Assembly (NCBI GenBank): GCA_964106915.2
Contig: OZ066917.1
Length of the DNA stretch: 64,000 nucleotides
From: Podarcis gaigeae
Lineage: Eukaryota
Reading direction: 5' to 3' (one strand)
The notes under the pieces are model-generated. The model worked only from the letters and a program-made list of their open reading frames with translations. It was not told where the DNA came from and did not search any database. Positions 51,593-63,905 of this stretch are shown piece by piece. A program made the translations under genes and the position numbers. How positions within the stretch are numbered: position 1 is the first letter of the stretch; every line of letters starts with the position of its first letter.

Positions 51593-52193
51593 TTTCCCTG
51601 CCTTCTAATGGTCACAGTTTTTATCTTGGTTTCCTACTGGTCATAATGCGGCATGTACATTCTTTTATTGTGCACATTTGTATTGAATTAATATAAAGTC
51701 AATGCATCATGTGTGGAATGTGTTCTGTGTTTAGGCTATTGTTCTTGGTAACCTCTTACCATACTAATATTATGCTGTGTTTCCAGATGTTCTTTGTTTT
51801 AACTTCTTGCTTTGCTGACCCAGTAGCAGGCTCTCAGAACATGATACTTCCCCATAAATAGCAAAAGTGTTATATAATAGTGTAGTGGTAGCGTAACAAG
51901 TGTCAGCATACATAGGTTAGTAGTTGCAAGAAACAGCTTTTTGCTATATGTTTGTTGCCTTGTAAGCTGGATGTGCCAGGCTGTTTAAGCACAGCAGATC
52001 CTGTTAATGGCAAACAAACACTTTCCATGAGCTTTTACTCATTGTAAAGCTTTGGAAGAGGGAATGTTCCTTTTCATCTGATTGGAAAACAATTAACATT
52101 TCCAGGGCAAACTATATGATGTGACTCTCTTGTGGAACCGTGGAGCTTTAATATGCTTAGAAGTCATTGTATTGGCTTAACATTATTGAGTGC

Positions 52194-52228
52194 AATCAAT
52201 CAATCAGTCAATCAATCAATCAATCAAT
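52194..52228. repeat. (AATC)n microsatellite
   Basis: aatcaatcaatcagtcaatcaatcaatcaatcaat. Confidence 0.9.
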
Positions 52229-52519
52229 GCTGGTTTGTTTATTGATATGTTGCCCTTAATAGGTTTTTTGAAGAGTAGGATATAAATGCTTAAAATAATT
52301 AGGAGTACATTTTAAAGCATACAACATTTCTTGACATGTTTATTAATAGCATTGTAAAATTAGCCATATCCATTAATAATATTTTATGGCTATTGTAACT
52401 TAAACGGAAATTCAAAAGACTGGTGCAAATAGATTAGTAGGGAGATTTGATGAGGTTTCAAAAGCTATTTACAGAACATGGGAGTCACCTTTAAATAAAC
52501 CAGTCTTACATGGTTAAGG

Positions 52520-52615
52520 TCACAATCCTAGACCTACTTACCTGGGAGTAAGTCTCACGGAGTTCCATAAAGCTTAAAGCTTCCTTCAGCATAGTTGTGG
52601 GTAGGATTGCAGCCT
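52520..52615. mobile_element. Short palindromic squamate repeat (caatcct...aggattg ends); related copies near 580-650, 5625-5710, 14750-14825, 19690-19770, 40240-40295
   Basis: cacaatcctagacctacttacctgggagtaagtc...gtaggattgcagcc motif recurs in degraded form. Confidence 0.55.
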
Positions 52616-54100
52616 AACATATAAATATATGCCAGGAAACTCAGTGAGATCCCATCAGATAAATAAGAGGCTTTAGTAAGCCTCTTTGAGTTCATTAACA
52701 ATAAGATCATTTGATGGGTTCAAAGTTAAGTTAATTTGGATGTACCAAATTGGATTGAGTGAACTAAGGTGGGTAATTCCCCTGAAGTAAAAATACACTA
52801 GATTTTAATACAATTTATTCAGATGCAATAGTCAACCTCATTTAAGGAAGGAAAATGAGGATTCAAAATGGTTTAAACTAAGTCCAGAGAAATGGAAGGG
52901 CTTTAGGAACACACAAAGCTTTATCCAGTGCTCCTGGTTTTGTGAGTTAGCATCATTAAATTTAAAATTATGCTAACACTTTTAGCTTTGAATATTTAGT
53001 TGGGGTACAGACAAGAGGCAGAAACCTCTTTGTTTGAATATATGATGTGCTTTGGCTCCCTCTACAGAAGGTGGTTAAATATTGCACTGCAGGAATATTT
53101 AAATTTCAGATTCTCATCTTCTACTGAAAATCCATTTTCTGTTACTGCCAGTTAAATTTCTGCTTCACATTTTTTAAATGTATTGAGTTCTTTTAACTGA
53201 CTTTCTTCTTCTTTTCTTCTTCAAACTTTCGAGTATGTTTAATATATGTAGAACTCTCACTCTACTTGGCTTTTACTCTCTTAACTTGCCCATAATGGCC
53301 AGGTTGAACATGTGGAATCACCTTACACAGTTTATGTAGTACATTGAATGAAGTGTAATAGTTAAAACAGATATCTGGAACCCACCCTGCACAGAGGATG
53401 GGAAGAAATTTGAGTGGAAAAGCCATTGATAGGAAACAACTAAGCATTAACTATTTTACCCTTCCCTAGTTCTTTTCCACCCAAAATGGCTGTTGCTTGT
53501 CTTTTTCTTGAATCAGGCTTTCTTAAACTTGCATGTAGTTTGTTCCTAAACTAATGAAAATGGAAGTGTGCAGATCTTGCCAAACATTCCATCTCTCTGT
53601 CATTTAATATGGGGCACCTACATTATACATTTCAGGATCATTTGATGAATGATTAAAAAAAAATAAGTTCCCATTATCTCTCTCTCTCCTTTGGGACATC
53701 AGCTGAAGATAAAATTACTATGTTAAGGGTCAAGTGTCCACTGCTTCTAACATCTAGCTGAGGGGGCACCAGAAATCTCATAATTTTCCTTAGCTTTAAC
53801 AGGAAAACGTTATGTAGCTACCTTATCAATAAGCATCATATTCCATTCATATTTATGCTGAACTTATTGCATATTTTTGTTACACACAGTGTGAAAAATC
53901 ACCAAATGAGTGTTGCATTTGGATCCAGGAAAGTTGTTGGTTCAAATCCCTCCTCAGTTGGGAAGCCTATTAGGTGACCACCTGCTAATCTTAACCTAAC
54001 AGCCCTGGAAAAAGCTCAGTTTAAATCACCAATAAATGTCATCAATATCTGCTACTATAACAAAGAAACTTATCTGGGTTTGATATACTTTTCTCTTGAG

Positions 54101-54241
54101 GTCTCCTGTTCCTGTTAAAAATTCCCTCCCTGAGAAACCAAGAGAATGTTTAGAAGAAGATGAATACAAGATTCCTTCATCCCATCCTGTTTCTTTGACT
54201 TCACAGTCACCTCATTGTCATAATATAAAGTCTCACATTCG
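54101..54241 (+). CDS. CBLB: CBLB exon 14 ([29 protein letters not shown]...HIR)
   Basis: Unusual ttctcttGAG acceptor, 141 nt, GTAAGG donor, YKIP motif; frame fits both neighbours. Confidence 0.9.
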
Positions 54242-55448
54242 GTAAGGCATGGTTTGAAGGCAATGGTGGAATCATTCTTTGGCATGATAGTATATCTAGT
54301 TTCAGTTTAATTTCATGTTTTAATTTATTGATGCAAATGTTCAAATTAGGGTGATACCAACTACTATCATTTTCATACAAAATATGATGAGGTCAATATA
54401 ACTTTTTAAAAGGTGATCCTCCAGATGCTTGTTTGTTTGCTTAAATAATGTCTCCATTGCTTTATATTTAAAACATCATCATAATTTCAAAACTGTTTAC
54501 AGACTGAATCAAGGCATCAAAAAAAAAAGACAAAATAAAACAAAACATTACAGTACAAAGTTAAAATATTAAAAAAGGCACATTTAAAATAACTTAATTA
54601 ACAGGAAAACAAAACATAAACATAAAATATTAGATAAAAATCAACTGACTGCAAAAGAACTACATAAAACAGTATAATTAGTAGCTAAGCAAAATAACTG
54701 AAATAGAAGCTGCAGTTCCATTATACCCACACATCCCTACACCTGTAACCACTCCCAAATACATCCTTAACCATCTTCCACAGCCAAACCTTACTCACAT
54801 TCATTTATTCCAGCCATGCAGATACCTCAACTAATCCCCAATCAACCAGTTGTTACAGGGCATTAAAACCATATAGCAACATAAAGCATAATTTAAAACC
54901 AGCTCATTCACCCAGCTCCATCTGGGGCAATGTAATGCCATGCAAACAGCCACATGACATCTCCCTCCCCATCTCTTGCCAAAGTAGGGTCATCCCTATA
55001 TTGGTTGGGTCTCTCACACTGAGTGGTATACAACTCTGAAAAGCAAAAAATAAAATAAAAAATAGGGCAATCCAGACACTTAACTCTGGGCAGCAAAAAT
55101 TCCATTTTCCAACCAAAAGGGGGTGGCACCCTCACATTGCTCTTGAATTATTTTCCGGAGATAGTATTTATTTATAAATAATTTTTTGTACCACTTACTG
55201 TTACAAATGCACCTTGAAGTAGATTACAAAGATAGGAATAAAAATTACATTAAAAGTATTTCAATTTTAAAATTTGTTATTAATTAGTAATGTTTTTAGT
55301 TTTCTGACCCCCATCCCCATTTTAGAAAGGTGAACCAGTAGGTTTTTTTAGAAACACAATGGCTTAATGAATTAATGATCATCTATGGTGAATTTCCTTT
55401 TTCTGTTTTCATATAACTAACATGCCAGTGTTCAATCTCTGCTTTCAG

Positions 55449-55525
55449 TGTATGTGAGAATGGAATAATGAGCGAAACACACAATTCTGCCTCTGAGATG
55501 AAAAGATTGAAACATCCAGAGATGG
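55449..55525 (+). CDS. CBLB: CBLB exon 15 (VCENGIMSETHNSASEMKRLKHPEM)
   Basis: tttcag acceptor, 77 nt, GTATGA donor; joins phase 2 to phase 1 as required. Poorly conserved sequence. Confidence 0.85.
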
Positions 55526-55617
55526 GTATGACTTCTAAACTTTGTTTTTCCATGCTTAGAAGACAACCAGATTATTTTTTAAGGTGCAGTTTTAAGAAAT
55601 CTGCTTTTGCTATTTAG

Positions 55618-55746
55618 GTGATACCTTTGAGCCTACTGTTCCAGTACCTTTACCACCTGCCCGACCTCCTTTGAGGGAAAACTTAAAACATGGCTCAGTA
55701 GTCAACAGGACTCCCTCTGATTATGACCTGCTTGTGCACCCTCCAG
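55618..55746 (+). CDS. CBLB: CBLB exon 16 ([18 protein letters not shown]...[14 protein letters not shown])
   Basis: atttag acceptor, 129 nt, GTAATA donor, symmetric phase 1. Confidence 0.93.
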
Positions 55747-56801
55747 GTAATACATTATTTTACATCTAATTTTGTAGCATAAATTATGCAGAGGAGAGCT
55801 GGTGGAATAATGAATTTCTATTCTTTTATGAATTCATAGTTGGGCTACTTAAACATATTAGACCAAACAATGCCACAAATTGTAGGTATATTGTATATGT
55901 TTAAACTTGACATAAACAAACACACATGCATATACAACTAGATATATTATATTTTAAATGAGAAAATGCAGCACAGCAAAAATATCTTGTAGTCAAACAG
56001 TTTAATACAAATGACTCTAACCTGATACTAGGTGCTGCTTTTTAGAAGGGGAGAACTATTCTCCTGCACGTGGACTTCCCTACATAATTCTTTGTATCCC
56101 AGGCTAAGTAATACTTAAGTAATACATTTGTAGGTGAGAAGATTATTGCATAAAGCAAAGTTTTAAAAGCACAATGGAATTCAAAAGCTCTTAAGAAATG
56201 ACATCACAAGCCTTATTCTACTACGTTATACTATGGTGCTCGTTTTAAAGTCATTAAGATTTCTTGTTTTGCTGCCATTGTATTTTCCCACTGAAGATGT
56301 TCCATGGCTCAGTGAATTGAGCTGACAGGTCCATGGATCCTGCCCATGTTTCTTCTTGCTGTTTAGACCCTTGCCTTGTCAATAAGCATTTCCTGTGTGA
56401 TGCTGCGTGCTAAAATTACAGCTCATGTGAGCATTCATATATGTACTTGTTTGTGGGTTTAATTATGATCTGTCATAATCACCTGAAAGAAAGTTCATCC
56501 TGCATTCATCATTGAACCCACAATGCACAGAAGCTCAAATACAGATGTACAGATAATTTTACAACACAGAGAAAACTTCTAAAAACGATACAGCGAAAGG
56601 TCATTCACAGCATGTGTTAAGTGTTGTTTGGAAGCTTCACTTTTATGATGCACAATTTCATTACTGGAGTCACTGAACTCCTTGATAAACCTTTGGAGGA
56701 AGCACCTCTCTTCCTGGCCAGAGAAAATCAATTTTAAGGTTCACTTTTGATCATAGCATTAATGAAGATTTGCTTATTTAATGAGTTTTCTCTCAATGCA
56801 G

Positions 56802-56942
56802 GCGAAGATGCATCTGACAACCCGCCACCCTCGCTTCCCCCTCCGCCACCCCCTGCACGCCACAGCCTCATTGAGCAATCAAAGCCACTCATTGCAGGAA
56901 GCAGACCTTTGTCGGGACACGAACTCTACCTTCCTCCTGCAG
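56802..56942 (+). CDS. CBLB: CBLB exon 17 ([29 protein letters not shown]...)
   Basis: atgcag acceptor, 141 nt, GTAAGA donor. Confidence 0.95.
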
Positions 56943-57624
56943 GTAAGAGTTGAAAAGAGAATACATTTTTCATCTTCTAATAGAGACATAGACAGACGGG
57001 GGTGGGAACTGTCATCAAGTGCTAGCTAGCTTTGCTCATATTTCTAACTATAAACTTACCATTTAGACATCGTAAGAAAATAGATGATTTATGTACAGTA
57101 TAGTGAATGATAAATTGCAAGGAACTTTGACAAATACAAATGTATGTACCACTTGTGGATAGAGCACTTGAAGTTCAAAGAGGCATATTGAAGAAATTGT
57201 GCAGCAGGTGTCTGTGTGCACACAGCTAAGTCTCAAACTGAAACTCTCTTTCTCATGCTGAATATGAAGAAGCATCTGTTACAGGACTATTGCAAAATTA
57301 TAGTTTTTTGCTGAAATAGTGAGGTAACAGTGTACAGCGCCTACCGCACAACATTGTCCAAATCTCTTGAAGTAGCCTTAGATTTCCATAACCCTTCAAA
57401 AACACCACCATTTGGATCTACTTCTGTTCTGTTTACTTCTGTTCTGTTGATACATACAACTCTGTTGCTTTACTACAGCAAAGAGCATTCCATCTCATTT
57501 TGGAGAGTCTTGTATCTTCAAGAATGACTTTTCAGGGGAACTTTGGAACTGTAGTGGAGGGGAGGAGGTGGTACAGAAGCCCTGTTGTCTGAATGTATTT
57601 CCACTCTTGCTGCTCAGAGTTGTT

Positions 57625-57656
57625 GTTTGTTTGTTTGTTTATTTGTTTGTTTGTTT
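57625..57656. repeat. (TTTG)n microsatellite
   Basis: tttgtttgtttgtttatttgtttgtttgtttt. Confidence 0.85.
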
Positions 57657-58098
57657 TAAATGTGCTGCTGCTCAGCAAGTGGAGTGGGGAGCAATAGATG
57701 CAGTACTGAAAAACAGCATAGAAGGTTTGATGTAGGGTAGCCACCAGAGGCCTATTTGTATTTTTCACCTTGAGATTTGGAGGCAAAAATGCACAGCCGC
57801 TCTAGCCCAACCTTCCTTTGAAAGTATATGTTGAAATAGGTTTGCAAACCATAGTTTAGAAGAAATAAATCCTTTTTCGTCTGATTGTGATTTACATAGC
57901 ATGGGAGGAAAGGAGAAATCTGCATGTAGGTATGTATGAGTGCACAATTCCATAGCACATTTTGTGACATTTGAATTAAGCCTATATTTATTAGTCCACC
58001 AGTGATCTCATTTGTATTCATTTCTGATCTTCATATTCTTTGATTAATATAATTGTCCTAGGAACATAAAATTTCCTTTTGTTTTTAAAATTGTATAG

Positions 58099-58218
58099 AT
58101 CTTTTCTTTGATCCTGTAAATGGCTTAGTTCCTTTACCTCCAGTTCGGAGATTAACTGGTGAAAATATGAAAACACACAGAACATCGCAGGACTATGACC
58201 AGCTTCCATCTTGTTCAG
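58099..58218 (+). CDS. CBLB: CBLB exon 18 ([18 protein letters not shown]...[13 protein letters not shown])
   Basis: gtatag acceptor, 120 nt, GTAAGC donor. Confidence 0.95.
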
Positions 58219-58503
58219 GTAAGCAAAGCACAGTATACACAACCATTTCTTTGCCACCTTCTCCCCCAAAGAACAAATTGATAACTTTGTCCTTTTTGTG
58301 ATATTGAACACAATGAATTACTATAAGGAAAGAAAACATTTGAAATTGGTGATTTATGGCATTTACACTGCCCATCTTTATCTGAACTTCTATTGTAATT
58401 ACTTTATTAGAGAGATAGCTGTGTTTCTCAGGCCCACACTACATACTAGTTTCCCTCCCTACTCAAAGGTAATATTACATATAGACAAACAGAAATCATA
58501 CTA

Positions 58504-59334
58504 CAGTGGTGCCTCGCAAGACGAAATGAATTCGTTCCACGAATTTTTTCGTCTAGCGAATTTTTCGTCTTGCGAAGCACGAAATCCCATAGGAATGCAT
58601 TGAAAATCAATTAATGCGTTCCTATGGTCAAAAAAAGTCCAAACAAAGCCAAATTTGGTACAAGAAGAGTTTATTAAGTGCTCTTTAAAGTCCCGCATAC
58701 TGTAAAGAGGATTTCAAAATTCAAACCCTGTTAAAAAACAGCAGAGTGGCCCAATGGTCACAGAAAATCATAAAAATGCAGGAAAAAAATCACAAGCTTC
58801 CAGATTCTTGCAAACCCCTCCCCAACTGTTCCTCCAGCCACCCAGCACACAGAAATTCAAATCCAGAATTTTTTTAAAAAACAGCAGAGTGGCCCAATGG
58901 TCACAGAAAATCATAAAAATGCAGGAAAAAAACACAAGTTTCCAGATTCTTGCAAACCCCTCCCCAACACCAAGTCCTTGAATTCCAAACACCCCAACCC
59001 AAAATCCAACCCCCCCCCAAAAAAAAAGTTTTAAAAGCTTAACTTACCAAATGGCTGCAAAAGAAGTTTTGGAAAAGCTTCAAAAATCACCAAAGTCTTT
59101 AAAAACCTCAAAAAAGGCTACTATGTACACTGCGTTCTATGAGTTGCTCCTCAAAGTCAAGTCGCAACTGTATTAATGGTGTTAAGAAAAAGGAAACAAA
59201 CTTGCAAGACGTTTTCGTCTTGCGAAGCAAGCCTATAGGGAAATTCGTCTTGCGAAGCAGCTCAAAAAACGGAAAACCCTTTCGTCTAGCGAGTTTTCCG
59301 TCTTGCGAGGCATTCGTCTTGCGGGGCACCACTG
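58504..59334. mobile_element. 831-bp non-autonomous Tc1/mariner (Tigger/pogo-like) element with internal duplication
   Basis: TA|cagtggtgcctcgcaagacga ... tcgtcttgcggggcaccactg|TA; repeated ttcgtcttgcga subterminal motifs; ~96-bp block repeated at a 143-bp offset. Confidence 0.9.
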
Positions 59335-60689
59335 TATATAAAATAAGGTCTAGGAAAATATTGAAGGAACAGCACAAGGGGTGTGCCACAACTAAGAATA
59401 GCCTCTTCTAGCCCCTGCCTGTCACATCTCAGATGACAGGGCAACCACAAGAATGCCTCAGGAGAAGATCTTGGTGTATGGTCCGACTGATGGATTATTA
59501 CTAACATTATGTATATACCTTTCACCACAAGGCCCCATGAAGGGTTTCAACAATTTAAGCTACAATGTTACAATCACAATATAGGGTAAGTCATGCAAAT
59601 ATACATCTCAGATGTCAAAAGGCCAGGATAAAGAAGTGTATCTTCAGTATGTGACAGAAACTGAATGATAAAGATATGAAGATGCAAGATGCACCTCTGT
59701 GTGGCCAATTTAAAATTTCCACTGCCTCACCTGAATTGGGTGTGTTTGTTCAAGAGCCTTGCCTGTGTCCTGCCGCTACTGCAACTGAAATTCATCCAGT
59801 AACACAGGATCAAATGGGGCACTTTATCATGCTAGAACTTTCACAACATTAGCATCAAATCACAGCGTACATGAGTGAGCTTGTCCTCAAAGTAGTATAC
59901 ACATCATCACTTAGTAAATGCATCAAACTTGACATCGTCTGCTGGGCCAAGTCGAAGTAGGCCACGAATCACTCAGAAAAGCTCTTATAAGAAGCACTGT
60001 AAGGACACAGTAGCCGTGGAGAAGTATTACTTCTTCACTGTCATCACCACCACAAAATAGGCTTGATAATGAGCTCTGAATTTTGTTAGGTCAGAGTCAC
60101 AGTGAGTTTTCCTGCTTATATTCTGGCATTCTCCCTGCCTGCTTCTAGCTCTCAGTTACTTGAGGTAGCTGAAAATGTTCTGCCTAGCAATAGAGGGCAC
60201 TTGGGAGCCATCCTGTCAACCACTTAAGTGATATCTGCATTCCACAGAGTAACCTAGGATATTAAGAGGAGTGCCCATTATGCCAACCAGAATTCTCCCA
60301 AGATCCCTCAGGAATGGGCTAAGTGTGTGATTTGTACTCCACAAGTTCATAGTTTGGACACTTATTGAATGCAACAGCAGCTGCCCAGGCAGCATATGCA
60401 CATTGTGAAAACTTGACCCTATATTCCCATGATGTTAGATGGAAATGTAGTTCTGCAAGCCGAAGCCTAGTATTAATATGTATATTTTTAAAAATCGGAC
60501 CTGGTTGTATGAGACATTTAAATACACTTGCCCGTTTATCATTTACACACCTTAAAAAACAACACTTGAAAATAGAAAAGCCACCAACATAGATATATAT
60601 TGCATTCCACCAAATAAGATTACACAGTGCAGTGCAGTGTATTGAATGTTCATTTGTATACCTAGATTAATGAAGTATAGTTTCATGTA

Positions 60690-60931
60690 CAGTAGTACCT
60701 CGGGTTACATACGTTTTGGGTTACATACGCTTCAGGTTACAGACTCCGCTAACCCAGAAATAGTACCTCGGGTTAAGAACTTTTCTTCAGGATGAGAACA
60801 GAAATCATGCGGCGGTGGCGTGGCAGCAGCGGGAGGCCGCATTAGCTAAACTGGTGCTTCAGGTTAAGAACAGTTTCAGGTTAAGAACGGACCTCCGGAA
60901 CGAATTAAGTACTTAACCTGAGGTACCACTG
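60690..60931. mobile_element. Tc1/mariner (Tigger-like) MITE
   Basis: TA|cagtagtacctcgggtta ... taacctgaggtaccactg|TA; same orientation as the 35383 copy. Confidence 0.88.
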
Positions 60932-62417
60932 TAATTGGAAACAGACATTACAGACAAAACATACCTAACTGAAGATAGTTCCTTTTTAGATAAACATAGC
61001 TGGTGTTGGGAAATGAACTCCTTATTCCTAAACATTTCAGTGATAAATATTAACTGGGATTTTAGAAGTTTTCCCCTCAGAAGACTATGGCTGCAGCTGA
61101 GGTTCTTTGGTTCTATTCCAAGGATGGATACATTATTTTTTTTACTCCAAGGGGCCAGATTTGAGAGGTGGGTGGGCCTGCCTAACTCTGTCACATATTG
61201 TCATTATTGCATGACAAGATGAACAGGTTGGTTGTCCCGCTAGCCTGCCAAAGCCTTTGCACTGTGTTCCCAGGTGCCTCACAGCCAGCTTGCTGTCAGG
61301 CTTTTAAAAACAGCTGCACAAATGCTGCTGTGAGCCCTATGCTCAGCACTTCACAAAGCACAGGGGTAGCAAAGCCATTCTTTCTGCTCTTCCCATTGGG
61401 GGATGGGGAGAAAGAAGCCAGCATTTAACGGGCATCTCATAGCCAATCTGTCACTCACCTGCATCCAACGCGGCAGGATTTAACCCATGAATTGGTGCCT
61501 GTTCCCTGCTGGAATTCAGCATTGCTCAACCTGCAGGCAATGCTGAATTCCCTGCCCTCCCACCATCCACTGATGATGCAGTGCCAAATTGGACTCCCTG
61601 GTAGGCCAAGATTGGCCCGTGGGCCAGAGGCTCCCCACCCCCTGCTGTAATCCACAATGAACACAAAACAGTTCTCTTTATAAAATGCAACCATTAAAGC
61701 TTGCATAGTTAACCTTATCCATGCTTTAAATTACTTAGGGTGTGATTCTTTAACTTGAACTAATTGTTTTCCATTAGTGGTGGTCCTCCTCATCCCAGCC
61801 AAATTTCTTTTTTAAACGTTAACCAAATTGCTGCACGACGTACTTGATATTTGTGTGGGCTACATTATTTGGAAGATTTCTACCACAATCTTCTAAAATA
61901 TCCACGAGTTTCAACCAGCACTACAAGTAATGATGCAGTGTGAATTGTATCAATACTTTCAGTTTAAGCTGAATTAAATGAAAATCTGTGTTCCAAATCA
62001 TGTCATAGTATAAACTGGAAAGTTTTTTATTGGATTTATAGTCTGTGTAATTAATAATATTCATGAGGAACTGTCCCACCTTTAACCCGAATTGAATAAA
62101 ACACTTGTGGATAGCATTTGTATTCTGTATTGTGTTGAACATTTCAACACATAATGCACATTTTATATTCATTCCAGCTCATTTTATGGGCGATCGGAAT
62201 CTGTTTAATTATTTGGCAGAATAAGAACCTTAAAATATGACACATGAATCACTAATTTATCATGTGTAAAAATGATGGGAGTGGTCACACTCCAGATGTT
62301 CTGAGACTCTGTGTTCCCTATCTGTGATATATAATAAGACAGCCCTTGCCCTTGGGTTTATAATCTGAGGGACACAACCCAATAGGAAAAAGGAATTTTG
62401 GGGGGAGGGAAGGGGAA

Positions 62418-62490
62418 ACCACAAAGGCTCTATAGCTCTTAACTAGTGTTTGAATTTAACACTAGTTAAGAGCTATAGAGCCTTTGTGGT
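62418..62490. repeat. Perfect 33-bp inverted repeat with a 7-nt loop
   Basis: accacaaaggctctatagctcttaactagtgtt-tgaattt-aacactagttaagagctatagagcctttgtggt. Confidence 0.95.
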
Positions 62491-63905
62491 GACCAGCTGA
62501 AAGGCAACAGTTCAAAGACACCAACCATTGCTGGTTTCTCAGCTATGTCAATGGAGCTGTCCCCCAGCCTTCTCTCTTTCTCTCCCTCTAAATTTATTTT
62601 TATAATTTCCACAAATTATTACAAATTAAGCCAAATTACTTTAATACAATTTCTTAAAATCAGGTTTTCCGCTCCTGTTGCAAACACATGTCGATCATTT
62701 CCTCCCGTAGCAGCATCATTTCTTATTTAGTGTCCAGTTGTCATCCTTCACTTGGTCCAGGAGCGCCTCTTGATTAAAGCCAGTTGTTCAGATTAAGGAG
62801 GAACCATCCACAAACCATGCCGGTAGCAGGGACACCAACCATGCATCCATAGCAGGGACACCCCCCAGGTCACTCCCACTCTGCCTTTCAAGTTGGCATA
62901 CACAGGATTACATAGCACTGCAAGATATTGTAAACTCCCCAGACTCCACTGGGGGAGCATTGCGAGGATTTATGCCTCATAAATCCTCTCTTTCCCCTGC
63001 CTGAACTTCTTCGCAGCCCCCAGAGGGCTACGAAGAACATCCGCCATTGATCATGGGCGTGGCCGGAAACCCCAATCTTCTCTCTTCTTTAGTCTAATGG
63101 AATGGCTGTTGCGATGAGGGAGGAGCCTGATTGGGCTAGTTTTTCAGGAGAGCTGATAGACAAGGTCCTGCAGTGCCATCTCTTCCTCTTCATTTACTGG
63201 TGAATGGGTTGGCCATGCCAGTTCCTGCTTCTTTCCTAAATATCAGCCATCTATCACCATAGAAATTGCTTTCATGGTTTTTTATGTTCTTTGTAAAATT
63301 GCAAATTGTGTGGTGAAGACATAAAGCTGAACACTCCATAGTTGATATCCATGGAAGATATTTAAACCCTAGCTTAGTTCTTGCACTGAAACCAATGGGA
63401 TTTAAGAAGCTTAATTTTGACTGATTGTGTCCTTTCTTTTTCTGCTGTCGGCTACAGGCACGTATGACTAATTCTGCCACCAAATAAAATGGAAAATCAT
63501 TTCGATGGTGGATTGTTTTGTTACATGGCCTTGTACCAGATTTCCAATTCCGTTCAGGTTTCATTGTGAGCTTTGATAACTATGTAAGATTGGTCCTTAG
63601 ATTTAAAAAGGCAAGAAGCCAAATTTAGTCCCAATCTTGATTGTCAGTGATCTGCTGTCTCACATTACCTTATTCTTCGTTAAGTGTAATCGTATGGTGC
63701 ATTTAGGAAACAGTATGTGTAAAAATAAAATGACATACGATGATTCAGGTTTGCTGCAAACACTTCCCCAGCACCCTAACAAATTAAGCTAATTAATAAA
63801 AAATTCCACACAGAAACATTGGCTGTGAATAACTAAGAATGTTGGTTTTTGTTACATTTATTGAATATCAAATTGTGTTTTTCTTTTGATTTTCTTCTTG
63901 TGCAG

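Noticed and set aside
55571-55590. Alternative exon 15 donor at ttttaag|gtgcag
   Set aside because: It falls in phase 2 whereas exon 16 needs phase 1, so it would shift the frame.
58540-59330. Recurring ttcgtcttgcga motif with variable spacers (superficially CRISPR-like)
   Set aside because: Eukaryotic context, irregular spacing and mixed orientation; these are subterminal repeats of a TA-flanked DNA transposon.
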